A stretch of 64,000 nt of DNA from a bacterium (GCA_963625685.1 CAVFTR010000010.1:1710-65709), one strand, 5' to 3'; shown: positions 1 through 9,963, counted from the stretch's first letter. Notes: generated by a model not told the origin, from the letters alone. A program made the numbers and translations.

Positions 1-830
1 TCGACCTGAGAGGACACGACGATGCCGGTCGGGATATGGGTCAGTCTGACGGCGGAGGAGGTCTTGTTGACCTTCTGGCCGCCCGCACCGGAGGAGCGGT
101 ATACGTCCATTTTGATATCCTCGTCGCGCAGCTCGATCTCGTTATCGTCGCTTATCTCGGGCATGACCTCGACTGCGGAGAAGGAGGTGTGGCGGCGGCC
201 GGAGGAGTCGAAGGGCGATATGCGCACGAGACGGTGGATGCCGTGCTCGCTCTTGAGGAAGCCGTAGGCGTTCTCGCCCTCGATCATGATGGTGGCGCTT
301 TTTATGCCGGCCTCGTCGCCGTCAAGATAGTCCATGAGCTTGACGGTGTAGCCGTGGCGCTCGGCCCACATGTTGTACATGCGGTAGAGCATCTGCGTCC
401 AGTCCTGAGCCTCGGTGCCGCCGGCTCCCGCGTGGAAGGTCAAAATAGCGTTATTGGCGTCGTACTCGCCGGTCAGCAGCGTACCCAGGCGCGTCTCCTC
501 GAGCTTCTTTTCAAACGCGGCGTACTCGCTCTGGAGCTCGGGCAGCATCGAGTCGTCGTCCTCCTCGATGGCCATTTCGCACAGCGTCATCAGATCGTCC
601 CAGCCGGAGCAGAGCTTTTCGTAGTTTTCGACCTTGCTCTTGAGCTGCTTTAAGCGCTTCTGCACGCGCTGAGAGTTTTCAACGTCGTTCCAGAAGCCGT
701 CGCGCGCGCTCTGGCCCTCGAGCTCCTCGATCTCCTTTTCGGCGGCCTCGAGGTGCAGCGCCTCGCGCAGCGAGTCGAGCGTCGGCTTCAGGCCGTTGAG
801 TTTTCCCTTATATTCTTCAAATTCTATCAT
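1..830 (-). CDS. prfB: peptide chain release factor 2 (N-terminal ~276 aa; C-terminus runs off the window edge)
   Basis: Minus-strand ORF open to position 1, absent from the ORF track because it is partial. Translation starts MIEFEEYKGKLNGLKP. It contains the RF2 SPF tripeptide (RISPFDS) and GGQ (SSGAGGQKVNKT). RBS GAGGAA lies 8 nt upstream of the ATG at 830-828. Confidence 0.9.
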   Translation of the reverse strand, partial: MIEFEEYKGKLNGLKPTLDSLREALHLEAAEKEIEELEGQSARDGFWNDVENSQRVQKRLKQLKSKVENYEKLCSGWDDLMTLCEMAIEEDDDSMLPELQSEYAAFEKKLEETRLGTLLTGEYDANNAILTFHAGAGGTEAQDWTQMLYRMYNMWAERHGYTVKLMDYLDGDEAGIKSATIMIEGENAYGFLKSEHGIHRLVRISPFDSSGRRHTSFSAVEVMPEISDDNEIELRDEDIKMDVYRSSGAGGQKVNKTSSAVRLTHIPTGIVVSSQV

Positions 831-926
831 TGCGATCATTCCTCAACAAAATTAACTGTAATATTATACACTAAACCGCGGGTCTTGTAAATCTCTTTTT
901 ACCGGCGGCGGAAAAAGCAAAAACAT

Positions 927-955
927 TTGACTTTGATAAGGCCCTGTTCTATATT
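927..955 (+). promoter_or_regulatory. sigma-A-type promoter candidate for the transketolase operon
   Basis: TTGACT (927-932), 17-nt spacer, TATATT (950-955), about 58 nt upstream of the tkt start. Confidence 0.4.
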
Positions 956-1012
956 ATATAGTGATAATTAGGCACGAAAACGAGAAAAAACTATCAAACG
1001 GAGGACAAAAAC

Positions 1013-1846
1013 ATGGCTTTAACTGCCGAGCGCCTCGCCGAGCTCAACGAGCTTTGCAGGCGCTTCAGAATCGACGTTCTGACTGCGATACACGCAGCCC
1101 AATCCGGGCATCCCGGCGGCTCGCTGTCCGTGTGCGAGATACTGACGTATCTGTATCAGGAGCACATGAGCATCGACGCCGGCAGACCCGACGATCCCGA
1201 CCGCGACAGGCTCGTGCTCTCGAAGGGTCACGCGGCCCCGATGCTTTACCGCAATCTCGCGGAGAAGGGCTTCTTCCCTGTCGAGGACATGATGACTCTG
1301 CGCCGCATGGGCGGGCTTGCCGGTCACCCGAGCATGCACACCCCCGGCGTTGAGATGCCCGGAGGCCCGCTCGGTCAGGGCTTCCCCGCCGCTCAGGGCA
1401 TGGCGATGGCGCTCAAGCTCAACGGCTCTCCGGCAAGGGTCTACGCCGTTCTCGGCGACGGCGAGCTCAACGAGGGCGTTATCTGGGAGACCGCGATGAG
1501 CGCTCCTAAGTTTGAGCTGGATAATCTCATTGCGATAGTCGACTATAACAAGGTCCAGCTCGACGGCACGACCGACGAGGTCATGCCTCTGCGCGACCTC
1601 GCGGGCAAGTGGGAGTCCTTCGGCTGGACGGTGCTCGAGTGCGACGGCCACGACCTTGAGGCTCTTGACTTCTGCGTAAGCGTCGCCGACGGCGCTGTCG
1701 GCGCTCCCACCGTCATCATCGCAAACACCGTCAAGGGCAAGGGCGTCTCCTTTATGGAGGGCAAGTCGGCATGGCACGGCAAGGCGATAGACGACGAGAG
1801 CTTCGCAAAGGCGATGGAGGAACTGGGAGGTGCAGTCAATGCCTAA
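1013..1846 (+). CDS. transketolase, N-terminal (TPP-binding) subunit
   Basis: 277 aa with SGHPGGSLS and GDGELNEG TPP motifs. RBS GGAGGA is upstream. Split tkt is typical of Clostridia. Confidence 0.9.
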   Translation: MALTAERLAELNELCRRFRIDVLTAIHAAQSGHPGGSLSVCEILTYLYQEHMSIDAGRPDDPDRDRLVLSKGHAAPMLYRNLAEKGFFPVEDMMTLRRMGGLAGHPSMHTPGVEMPGGPLGQGFPAAQGMAMALKLNGSPARVYAVLGDGELNEGVIWETAMSAPKFELDNLIAIVDYNKVQLDGTTDEVMPLRDLAGKWESFGWTVLECDGHDLEALDFCVSVADGAVGAPTVIIANTVKGKGVSFMEGKSAWHGKAIDDESFAKAMEELGGAVNA

Positions 1847-2774
1847 GCAGATAAGAGAAGTATACGGCTCCGTGCTCGCGGAGCTGGGCGAGACCAATAA
1901 GGACATCGTCGTTCTGGACGCGGACCTGTCCGGCTCTACCAAGAGCGCGATATTCGGCAAGGCCCACCCCGAGCGCTTTTTCAACATGGGCATCGCCGAG
2001 CAGAACATGGTCGCGACGGCGGCCGGCATGGCGGCCTGCGGCAAGATCCCGTTTGTAAACACCTTCACGGTGTTCCTGACCACGCTGGGCCTGCTCTCGG
2101 CGCGCGATCAGATATGCTACGCAAACCTCAACGTCAAATTCGGCGGCGCATACTGCGGCATGTCCGACGCGCTCGACGGCGCGAGCCACCACGCGACCGA
2201 GGACATCGCCTTCATGCGCGCGCTGCCTAATATGAAGGTCATAGCTCCCGCCGACGCCGCGGCGGCACGCTGGGCGACTAAATACGCCGCCGAGACCTAC
2301 GGCCCCATGTACCTGCGCCTGAGCCGCGAGGTATATCCCGACCTGTACGGCGAGGGGGCGAAATTCGAGCTCGGCAGAGGCAGCATCGTCCGCGAGGGCA
2401 GCGACGTCACCGTCATCGCCTGCGGCATAATGGTCCACAAGGCCATCGAGGCCGCCGAGCGTCTCTCCGAGCGCGGCGTTTCCGTGCGCGTTGTCGACAT
2501 GTACTCGATAAAGCCAATAGACCGCGAGCTTATCAAAAAGTGCGCCGGGGAGACGGGCGCCATCGTCTGCGCCGAGGAGCACAATGTCCACGGCGGCCTC
2601 GGCTCGGCCGTTTCCGAGGTCCTGGCGTACTTCGGCTGCGGCGTTCCGACAGAGTTTGTCGGGATCCAGGACACCTTCACGGAGTCGGCGCCCTATAAGG
2701 AGCTGCTGGCCAAATACGGCGTCGACGCCGACGGAGTTATCGCCGGCGTTGAAAAGGTCCTCGCGAGAAAATAA
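1839..2774 (+). CDS. transketolase, C-terminal (pyrimidine-binding) subunit
   Basis: ORF track 1830..2774. I prefer the ATG at 1839, preceded by GGGAGGTG. It overlaps the stop of the N-terminal subunit. Contains FNMGIAEQNMV. Confidence 0.9.
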   Translation: MPKQIREVYGSVLAELGETNKDIVVLDADLSGSTKSAIFGKAHPERFFNMGIAEQNMVATAAGMAACGKIPFVNTFTVFLTTLGLLSARDQICYANLNVKFGGAYCGMSDALDGASHHATEDIAFMRALPNMKVIAPADAAAARWATKYAAETYGPMYLRLSREVYPDLYGEGAKFELGRGSIVREGSDVTVIACGIMVHKAIEAAERLSERGVSVRVVDMYSIKPIDRELIKKCAGETGAIVCAEEHNVHGGLGSAVSEVLAYFGCGVPTEFVGIQDTFTESAPYKELLAKYGVDADGVIAGVEKVLARK

Positions 2775-2812
2775 AATGCAGCGGCCGCGAGCCGGCCGGA
2801 GGAGGACATATC

Positions 2813-3889
2813 ATGAACAGCTTTTTTGCTCCCGGAAGAACAGAGCTGGCCGGAAACCATACCGATCATCAGAAGGGGCGCGTGCTCGCGGCGGCGGTCG
2901 ACAAGGGCATACGCGCATTTGCCGAGCCCAATTTTGACAGCGTCGCGCGCATAAGCTCGGCGGGCTTTCCCGATATGACGATAAGCCTGCTCGATCTGGA
3001 CGTGCACCCGGAGGAGTTCGGCTCCTCGGCGGCTCTCGTGCGCGGCGTCGCCGCCGCCATGTACGATATCGGCGCAAGCTTCGGCGGCTTTGACGCGAGG
3101 CTCGAAAGCGGGCTGACGGCAGGCTCCGGACTGAGCTCCTCGGCGGCCTTCGCGGTGCTCATGTGCAGGATATTCAACGGTCTGTACAACGATAACGCGC
3201 TCGAGGCGCAGGCCATAGCCCGCGTCGCGCAGCAGGCGGAGAATCTGCACTTCGGCAAGCCCTGCGGGCTCATGGATCAGCTCGCCTGCGCTCTGGGCAA
3301 GGCCGTGTACATAGACTTTCTGACCGGCGAGATCGTCCCCGTCAGCGCCGGCTTTTCGCGCATGGGCCTGACCCTGTGCCTCACGGACACCGGCGGCAGC
3401 CACGCGGGGCTCGACACGAGCTATGCGCGCATCCCCGCGGATATGCGCTATATAGCCAGCTTCTTCGGCAAGGAGCTCCTGGGCGAGGTCGACCCCGAGG
3501 AGTTCTACGCCAAGGAGTGGGACACGGCGGACCGTCCCGTGCGCAGGGCAAAGCATTTCTTCGACGAAAACGCCCGCGTACCAAAAATGCGCGACGCGCT
3601 CATCGCCGGCGACGGGGCGGAATACATGCGCCTCATGAACGAGTCCGGCCGCTCGTCGGAAAGGCTCCTGAACAACATCGTGACGAGCGCGACCAACGAC
3701 CGCAAGCTTGAGACGGGTCTGTATCTCAGCTCAAAGCTGCTCGACGGCATCGGAGCGTGGCGCGTCCACGGCGGCGGCTTTGCCGGCTGCGTGCAGGCGC
3801 TCATGCCCTCGGACTTTTTCCCGAAATACAAAAGCAAAATGGAGGAGGCCTTCGGCCCCGGCTCGTGCAATGAGCTGAGGCTGGACTGA
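2813..3889 (+). CDS. GHMP kinase, galactokinase-family protein
   Basis: 358 aa. N-terminal APGRTELAGNHTDH resembles the galactokinase signature. GHMP ATP loop GLSSSAA is present. RBS GGAGGAGGA. Confidence 0.7.
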   Translation: MNSFFAPGRTELAGNHTDHQKGRVLAAAVDKGIRAFAEPNFDSVARISSAGFPDMTISLLDLDVHPEEFGSSAALVRGVAAAMYDIGASFGGFDARLESGLTAGSGLSSSAAFAVLMCRIFNGLYNDNALEAQAIARVAQQAENLHFGKPCGLMDQLACALGKAVYIDFLTGEIVPVSAGFSRMGLTLCLTDTGGSHAGLDTSYARIPADMRYIASFFGKELLGEVDPEEFYAKEWDTADRPVRRAKHFFDENARVPKMRDALIAGDGAEYMRLMNESGRSSERLLNNIVTSATNDRKLETGLYLSSKLLDGIGAWRVHGGGFAGCVQALMPSDFFPKYKSKMEEAFGPGSCNELRLD

Positions 3890-3893
3890 AACA

Positions 3894-4709
3894 ATGAACT
3901 TTTTTGACTCTCTTTCATCGATAAAGCTCGGCGATATCTCTGCAAGCTCCCTGCTCTCGGCGCTTATAGTCTATCTGCTGTGCTATATCGCCATAAAGGT
4001 CCTGTGCAGGGCCTTCGGCAGGATGCTCGACGCGAGCCGTCACCTCGACGCGAGCCTTAAATCCTTCTTCCGCAGCGCGATAAAGGCCGGGCTGTGGACG
4101 ATAGCAGCCATCATAATCGCGGGCGCGCTGGGTATTCCGGTGACGAGCCTCGTCGCGGTGCTGTCTGTCGTCGGCGTTGCGCTGTCGCTGGCTCTGCAGG
4201 GGCTTTTGTCGAACCTCTTTTCCGGCATCACCATTCTGACGACGCATCCGTTCAAGGTCGGCGATTATGTCGAGCTCGGCGGCCACGAGGGCACGGTAAG
4301 GAGCATCGGCCTGTTCTACACCGCCGTTGCGACGAGCGATAACCGCATAGTATACGCGCCCAACGGCAGCGTGACCTCCGGGCAGGTGATAAACCACTCG
4401 GCCGAGGAGCTGCGCCGCGTCATCATCCCGGTCACCGCATCCTACGACAGTGCGACGCAGGACGTGCGCGCAGCCTGCCTCGAGGCGATAGCTATGACCG
4501 GCAAGACGCTCAGCGACCCTGCGCCCTTCGTCGCGATAACGGGCTACGGCAGCAGCTCGATAGAGTACACCGTGCGCGCCTGGTGCCGCTCGGCCGACTA
4601 CTGGGACGTTTACTTTGCGCTCAATGAAAACCTGCGCACGGGCTTTGAGCGGCACGGCGTCGAGATGTGCTACGATCACCTGAACGTGCATCTTGTAAAC
4701 GATAAATAG
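3894..4709 (+). CDS. mechanosensitive ion channel (MscS family)
   Basis: 271 aa with three N-terminal TM helices followed by the MscS beta-domain pattern (FKVGDYVELGGHEGTV). Confidence 0.8.
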   Translation: MNFFDSLSSIKLGDISASSLLSALIVYLLCYIAIKVLCRAFGRMLDASRHLDASLKSFFRSAIKAGLWTIAAIIIAGALGIPVTSLVAVLSVVGVALSLALQGLLSNLFSGITILTTHPFKVGDYVELGGHEGTVRSIGLFYTAVATSDNRIVYAPNGSVTSGQVINHSAEELRRVIIPVTASYDSATQDVRAACLEAIAMTGKTLSDPAPFVAITGYGSSSIEYTVRAWCRSADYWDVYFALNENLRTGFERHGVEMCYDHLNVHLVNDK

Positions 4710-4710
4710 C

Positions 4711-4740
4711 AAAAAAGCACCCCCCCGGGGTGCTTTTTTC
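4711..4740. terminator. bidirectional rho-independent terminator (mscS / spoIIR)
   Basis: AAAAAAGCACCCC-CC-GGGGTGCTTTTTT, with A-tract and T-tract on either side. Confidence 0.7.
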
Positions 4741-5335
4741 ATTTATCCAGCAGCTCCAGGAGCTCGCCCCAGAGCTCGACGAGGCGAAAGCGCAGCTCGC
4801 AGCCGCCGGACTGCGTGATTATGGCGCGCTCCTCGCTGCCGAGCGCCGAAAGCGCCCTGTCCTGCTCCGCGGCGGACAGGCACAGCGGCGGGAATACGAC
4901 GCACCACCAGTTGTGTCCCCCGCCCTGCCCGAGCGTTACGCGCAGGGACTGATACCTCCCCGCCGGCAGCGCAAAGCCCTCGTAGGCGCGCGTGGGGTAA
5001 TACTCGCTGCCGAGCTCGACGCTGACGCTGCGTCCTTCGGCTCTTTGGGCCGCCGCCTCCCGAATATCCGGAAGCTTTTCTCTTATGACGCTCTGCGCGT
5101 CCGCGGCGCTCTCCGCTTCCTCGAGCAGCGGCGTCAGATACTCGAGCACTCCGTCGCGCACGCGCAGCTTGAGCTCCTGCTCGCCCGGCTCGTCCGAGGC
5201 CGCTATGACGTGCAGGCGCACGAGCGAGGAGCTTATCTCCTGCTGCCGTCCCTGCGCCCAGGTACCGACGCACAGAGCGGCGCACAGAGCGCACAGAGCC
5301 GACAGCTCCCAGATCTTCAGTCTGTATTCCTTCAT
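4739..5335 (-). CDS. spoIIR: stage II sporulation protein R
   Basis: 198 aa with a signal peptide, then LVRLHVIAASDEPGEQELKLRVRDGVL, the conserved SpoIIR core. Confidence 0.8.
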   Translation of the reverse strand: MKEYRLKIWELSALCALCAALCVGTWAQGRQQEISSSLVRLHVIAASDEPGEQELKLRVRDGVLEYLTPLLEEAESAADAQSVIREKLPDIREAAAQRAEGRSVSVELGSEYYPTRAYEGFALPAGRYQSLRVTLGQGGGHNWWCVVFPPLCLSAAEQDRALSALGSEERAIITQSGGCELRFRLVELWGELLELLDK

Positions 5336-5407
5336 GAAAAAACCGCCTTTACTATGTAATCACGATCGTGCTTACAGTATCGGCGGCATTTTTCGTTTTT
5401 ATACCTG

Positions 5408-6280
5408 TCAGATATCGATGCGCGGCATTGTTTTCGCCTGAGCGACGCAGCTCCAGTCGCGGCGCAGGGCGCGCACAGAGCTTTCAAGCGCTGCGGTGTC
5501 GTCGTACAGGCCGAACACTGCCGAGCCCGTGCCGGTCATGACGGCTCCCAGCGCGCCGCAGTCGAGCATGACGCTTTTTATGGCGGCTATCTCCTTATGG
5601 CGGCGATCGGGCACGTCCTCAAAGACGTTGTACATCCTCCGCGCTATCTTCGCAAGCTCGCCGGAGCCGAGCAGCTCTATGATTCCCTGAGTATCCGGAT
5701 GGCAGCGCAGCTTCACGCTGTCGAGCCTTCTGAACAGCTCAGGCGTGGAGACGGAAAAATCGGGCTTGCAGACGACGACGCCGCAGTCCGGCAGCGCGGG
5801 CAGCCGCGTGAGCTTTTCTCCGCGCCCGGAGGCGAGCTGAGTCCCTCCGCGGACGCAGAAGGCGACGTCCGAGCCTATGCGCGAGGCAAGCTCCTCGAGC
5901 CGCTGCCCGTCAAGCCCCGTGCCGCACAGCCTGTTGAGCGCGCGCAGCACCGCCGCGGCGTCGCTCGAGCCGCCGGCCATGCCCGCTCCGACCGGTATGC
6001 GCTTTTGCATTTTTATGTGTGCGCCCATGCTTTCGATGCCGCTCTCGGCAAAGAACACGTTCGCGGCGCGCACGGCGAGGTTCCGCTCGTCGCAGGGCAC
6101 GAAGCGCAGATTGCACTCGGCGCGGCTGGGCACGCCCTTTGTCAGCGCAACGCTCACATCGTCGCACAGCGTTATCGTCTGCATGACCATGAGCATGTCG
6201 TGATATCCGTCGGCGCGCTTTCCCGTAACGTCCAGCGAGATATTTATTTTGGCGAAGGCCTTTTCGTTGGTGCTCGTCAT
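5408..6280 (-). CDS. ispE: 4-diphosphocytidyl-2-C-methyl-D-erythritol kinase
   Basis: 290 aa. AKINISLDV..R.DGYH start and GHMP loop PVGAGMAGGSSDAAA. ATGA overlap with the upstream gene's stop. Confidence 0.9.
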   Translation of the reverse strand: MTSTNEKAFAKINISLDVTGKRADGYHDMLMVMQTITLCDDVSVALTKGVPSRAECNLRFVPCDERNLAVRAANVFFAESGIESMGAHIKMQKRIPVGAGMAGGSSDAAAVLRALNRLCGTGLDGQRLEELASRIGSDVAFCVRGGTQLASGRGEKLTRLPALPDCGVVVCKPDFSVSTPELFRRLDSVKLRCHPDTQGIIELLGSGELAKIARRMYNVFEDVPDRRHKEIAAIKSVMLDCGALGAVMTGTGSAVFGLYDDTAALESSVRALRRDWSCVAQAKTMPRIDI

Positions 6281-7506
6281 TTTTCAAAGAAGATGGACAT
6301 CAGCGCGACGCCGGAGTTTACATAGGGACCCTTCTCGCCGCTTTTTTCGGTGTAGGGCAGACCGGCCTTCGTATCGACGCGGCTGTCGTAGAGCATGTAC
6401 GGCACGGGGTCGCCGTCGTGGCCGCGCGTGGAGGTCAGGGTCTTGTGGTCGGACAGAAACAGCAGTCGGTAGTCCCAGCCGCGGGCGCGGAGCTCCGCGT
6501 CCAGCGGGCAGATAAGGCGCGTGTCGAGCCAGCCGATGGCCTCGAGCTTGCCCTCGAGGTCGCCGTTATGCGTGCACTCGTCGGGGGCCTCGACGTGTAC
6601 GGCGGCGAAATCGTGCTCCTCGAGGATGTCCAGCGCCGCCCTTAGCTTGTTTTCGTAGCTTGTGTCCTTTTCGCCGGTAGCGCCCTCGGGGCAGACAAAG
6701 CTCAGGCCCGTGAGCGCGGCGATGCCGTGGCACAGAGGCACCGCGGAGACGACGACGCCGTCGTGACCGGTCTCCCGCCTGAAATCGGGCAGCTTCACAG
6801 CCGTGCCCTCGGCCCAGAACCACACTCCGTTTGCGGGCATTTTGCCCTCGGCGCGCAGCCTTTCGTTCAGGGGGTGATGCTCGAGGATGCGGTTTGCGCA
6901 CTCCATGAGAGAGCGCAGGACGGCGGCGTTATCGCAGCCCGTGGGCAGGATGGGGCCGATCTTCTCGCCGAGGTGATCGTGCGGCGGAGCGAGAACGATG
7001 CCCTTTATATCGGCCTGCGACTGCACGGCGATATGGCGGAACGAGTGGCCGAGATTGACCTTCATCCCCGCCTTCCCGGCAAGGGGCGCAAACTCCGGGT
7101 CGCTGAACAGCGCGGTGACTATCTCGTCGGAGACCTCGCCGTCGATGGAGCCTGCCGAGTGCGACAGGATGCGCTTTTCCTCAAAGGGCATGCCGCCTTC
7201 CTCGTAGGTGACCATGTTGCAGCGGTACGCAACGTCGCCGGCGTTGAGCTTTATGCCCGTCGCCGCGGCCTCGAGAGGCGCTCTGCCGGTATAGTAAAGA
7301 TTCGGGTCGCAGCCGAAGATGGACATTATCGCCGTATCGCTTCCCGCGGGCAGGCCGCGCGGAACGTTCAGCACGCTGCCGACCACGCCGCGGGCGGCGA
7401 GCTCGTCGATAAAGGGCTTTTTCGCGTATTCGAGCGGCGTCAGCCCGCCGAGCTCCGGTACCGGATTGTCGGCCATGCCGTCGCCGATTATGAGGATATA
7501 TTTCAT
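6277..7506 (-). CDS. cofactor-independent phosphoglycerate mutase, ApgM type (family also annotated as alternative homoserine kinase)
   Basis: ORF track 6277..7572. The likely start is the ATG at 7506 (MKYILIIGDGMAD), preceded by AAGGAG. Confidence 0.8.
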   Translation of the reverse strand: MKYILIIGDGMADNPVPELGGLTPLEYAKKPFIDELAARGVVGSVLNVPRGLPAGSDTAIMSIFGCDPNLYYTGRAPLEAAATGIKLNAGDVAYRCNMVTYEEGGMPFEEKRILSHSAGSIDGEVSDEIVTALFSDPEFAPLAGKAGMKVNLGHSFRHIAVQSQADIKGIVLAPPHDHLGEKIGPILPTGCDNAAVLRSLMECANRILEHHPLNERLRAEGKMPANGVWFWAEGTAVKLPDFRRETGHDGVVVSAVPLCHGIAALTGLSFVCPEGATGEKDTSYENKLRAALDILEEHDFAAVHVEAPDECTHNGDLEGKLEAIGWLDTRLICPLDAELRARGWDYRLLFLSDHKTLTSTRGHDGDPVPYMLYDSRVDTKAGLPYTEKSGEKGPYVNSGVALMSIFFEK

Positions 7507-7637
7507 CGTTATCGCTCCTTCGTCTTTGGAATAAGAAACATTATAAAATATCATCGGCCGTTTGAAAAGCACAAACTTGCTTTTTTCGCAGCTTTATGAG
7601 AAAATATTGCTCATCTAAATCTTGTATGGAGAGAGAT

Positions 7638-8528
7638 ATGAGCAAAAAAGTAAGAAAAAGCGATGTAAATAAGCTTGCAAGGTTTGCAAAAAAGCATCCG
7701 CTCGCGGCGCTTATACTGGTTGTTATTGCGGTCGTGGTATGTGCTTGCTCGCCAAAGGGCGGCATCATTGCTCAAGGCGGGGGCCTGTATGTCCACTATA
7801 TAGACGTCGGGCAGGGCGACTCGGAGCTTATATGCTGCGGCGGCGAGTACATGCTCATCGACGCGGGGACGCCCTCGGCTGGCGATACGGTGGTCGAATA
7901 CATAAAGGACCTCGGTATAAAAAAGCTCGACTACGTCGTGTGTACCCACGGTCACGCGGACCACTGCGGCGGCCTCGACGCCGTTATAGAGAGCTTTGAC
8001 GTGGACACGGTCTTCACCTCGCCCTACGCGGGGGACGCATCGGCGTATCTGCGCTTTGTCGAGACCGTCGAGTCTGCGCAGCTCATGCTCGAGACGCCCG
8101 ACAAGGGCGCGAAATACTCTCTGGGCGAGGCGCAGTTTGAGTTCATAGGCCCGCTGGAGGACCACTCGAACGTAAACGACGACAGCCTCGTCATGCGCCT
8201 TGTCTACGGCGATACGAGCTTTCTCTTTACCGGCGACATGACCTCCAAGGCCGAAAAGGAGCTCATCGAGGACGGCGAAAGCGTAAAATGCGACGTGCTC
8301 AAGGTCGGGCATCACGGCTCCTCGGGCTCGAGCTGCTATCAGTTCCTGTACGAGGCAGAGCCCGAGATCGCCGTCATATCCTGCGGCAGGGATAACGACT
8401 ACGGCCACCCGCACGAGGAGACGCTCAGCCGCCTGAGCGATGCCGGAGTGACGGTATACAGGACAGACGAGCTCGGCAGCGTCGTCATATTCAGCGACGG
8501 CATGAAGGCCGAAAGGAGCGCCGCGTGA
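7638..8528 (+). CDS. MBL-fold metallo-hydrolase (ComEC C-terminal-domain-like), membrane anchored
   Basis: ORF track 7596..8528. ATG at 7638 follows GGAGAGAG. N-terminal TM helix, then YIDVGQGDS...HGHADHCGG...KVGHHGS metallo-beta-lactamase motifs. Confidence 0.75.
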   Translation: MSKKVRKSDVNKLARFAKKHPLAALILVVIAVVVCACSPKGGIIAQGGGLYVHYIDVGQGDSELICCGGEYMLIDAGTPSAGDTVVEYIKDLGIKKLDYVVCTHGHADHCGGLDAVIESFDVDTVFTSPYAGDASAYLRFVETVESAQLMLETPDKGAKYSLGEAQFEFIGPLEDHSNVNDDSLVMRLVYGDTSFLFTGDMTSKAEKELIEDGESVKCDVLKVGHHGSSGSSCYQFLYEAEPEIAVISCGRDNDYGHPHEETLSRLSDAGVTVYRTDELGSVVIFSDGMKAERSAA

Positions 8529-9436
8529 GGGATAAGAGCTACTCAAGGGCCATTGCGGCGGCGATAGCCACACAGGTCTTCTGGGGTCTGAGCTTTCTCG
8601 CGTCGAGCATCGGACAGGAGGCATCCTCGCCCTTTGTTCTGATGAGCTACCGCTTCGATATCGCGATAATCGTGCTCACGATCCCGGTGCTGCTCGGCAG
8701 GCAGAGGCTCAGCCTGCGCGGCAAGAGCATAAGGCCGCTGCTCCTGCTCGGCTCTATGGAGCCCTGCCTGTATTTCATCGGCGAGCAGTACGGGCTCAAA
8801 TACTCAAGCTCCGCCTTCTCCGGCATCATGATAGCCGTCATACCCATCGTCACGCTCGTCATGGCGGCGCTGTTTCTCGGGGAAAAGCCGAGCAAAAAGC
8901 AATGGCTGTTCAGCGCGCTGTCGATAAGCGGCATCATCGTCATAACGCTCGCAGAGAGCGGCGGCGGCTCGATAACGTTCAGGGGCGTTGCTCTCCTGTC
9001 CCTCGCCGTCGTGACGGGCTCGGCCTACAGCGTCGTGTCCTGCGGCCTGTCAGCGAAATTTTCCGTGTTCGAGCGGACGTATTTCATGCAGCTGATGGGC
9101 GCGGTGTTCTTCACTGTTCTCGCGCTTATCGAAAACGGCGGCAGCATCGCAGCCGTGCTCGCTCCGGCGGCGAACGCGCGCTTTCTGCTTTCGGCGCTGT
9201 ATCTCGCGCTGGGCGCGTCGGTGGCCGGGTATTCGCTGTTTAACTACGCCGTGTCGCACGCGCCGATGGCAAACGTCATCATTTTTCAGAACCTCACGAC
9301 CATAGTTTCGGTCGCGGCCGGGATATTCATCCTCGGCGAGAGCCTGACGGCCGTCTCGCTCGGCGCGATGCTCGTCGTCCTCATCGGCATCTGGGGCGTT
9401 CAGAAATACCCTCCGGCAGAGCTGCCCGATGAATAA
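8525..9436 (+). CDS. EamA/DMT-family transporter
   Basis: 303 aa with about 10 TM helices in two EamA-like halves. GTG start overlaps the upstream stop (GTGA), with AAAGGAG 8 nt upstream. Confidence 0.8.
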   Translation: MRDKSYSRAIAAAIATQVFWGLSFLASSIGQEASSPFVLMSYRFDIAIIVLTIPVLLGRQRLSLRGKSIRPLLLLGSMEPCLYFIGEQYGLKYSSSAFSGIMIAVIPIVTLVMAALFLGEKPSKKQWLFSALSISGIIVITLAESGGGSITFRGVALLSLAVVTGSAYSVVSCGLSAKFSVFERTYFMQLMGAVFFTVLALIENGGSIAAVLAPAANARFLLSALYLALGASVAGYSLFNYAVSHAPMANVIIFQNLTTIVSVAAGIFILGESLTAVSLGAMLVVLIGIWGVQKYPPAELPDE

Positions 9437-9466
9437 AAAATCTCCCCAAGGGGGAGATTTTTTTAT
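9435..9466. terminator. bidirectional rho-independent terminator
   Basis: AAAAAATCTCCCC-AAG-GGGGAGATTTTTTT. Confidence 0.7.
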
Positions 9467-9963
9467 TCAAGAGGCAGCTGGACTACCTCGATGTCCTTTC
9501 TTCGCGCATAGTTTATGGTGTTCCACGTTCCGCCGCTCATGCCGTCGTAGCAGGCGACGAGGACGCTCGAGCTGTCGACCATGAAGCGGTTTCGTATCGC
9601 CATGCAGGCGGGGCTGTAGCTCTCCGACAGCACGGTGACCTCGTCGCAGCTGTCAAGTATGCGCTCATAGCGGCGGCGGCTGCGCTCGCTCCACCTGTCG
9701 GCCTGGCCTCTGTACGGCACGGCGGCCTGGAGCGTTACGTCCGAATGTATCCTTCTGAGCTTTATGACGGCCTCGGCGCAGTACATATCGCAGCCGAGCG
9801 CCATCCCGCAGATAAAATGCCTTATCCCGGAGTTGTACACGGCGCCCACGACCGCAAAGAGCCTGTCCTTGAATTCGATGCAGCGCGGATCGCTCTCGTC
9901 ATATCCCCATGGCAGCTTCGACGGCCTGTGGCCGGAAAAGCAGCAGCTTTTTCCGTGTTCCAT
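9463..9963 (-). CDS. DUF1273 / SLOG-family (YpsA-like) protein
   Basis: ORF track 9463..10053. The likely start is the ATG at 9963 (MEHGKSCCFSGHRP). It has the CFSGHRP...GMALGCDM pattern of DUF1273. Confidence 0.7.
   Translation of the reverse strand: MEHGKSCCFSGHRPSKLPWGYDESDPRCIEFKDRLFAVVGAVYNSGIRHFICGMALGCDMYCAEAVIKLRRIHSDVTLQAAVPYRGQADRWSERSRRRYERILDSCDEVTVLSESYSPACMAIRNRFMVDSSSVLVACYDGMSGGTWNTINYARRKDIEVVQLPLE

Noticed and set aside
1019-2083. Long antisense or alternative-frame ORFs throughout the track. Examples: 1019..2083(-), 10660..12033(-), 13157..14317(+), 15417..16676(+), 20725..22005(-), 29020..30162(+), 30316..31527(+), 40358..41566(+), 53446..54837(+), 57531..58856(+).
   Set aside because: Each lies opposite or out of frame to a gene with clear family motifs. 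Their translations are Arg/Ala/Gly/His-rich low-complexity strings typical of shadow ORFs in ~60% GC DNA. None has a convincing RBS.
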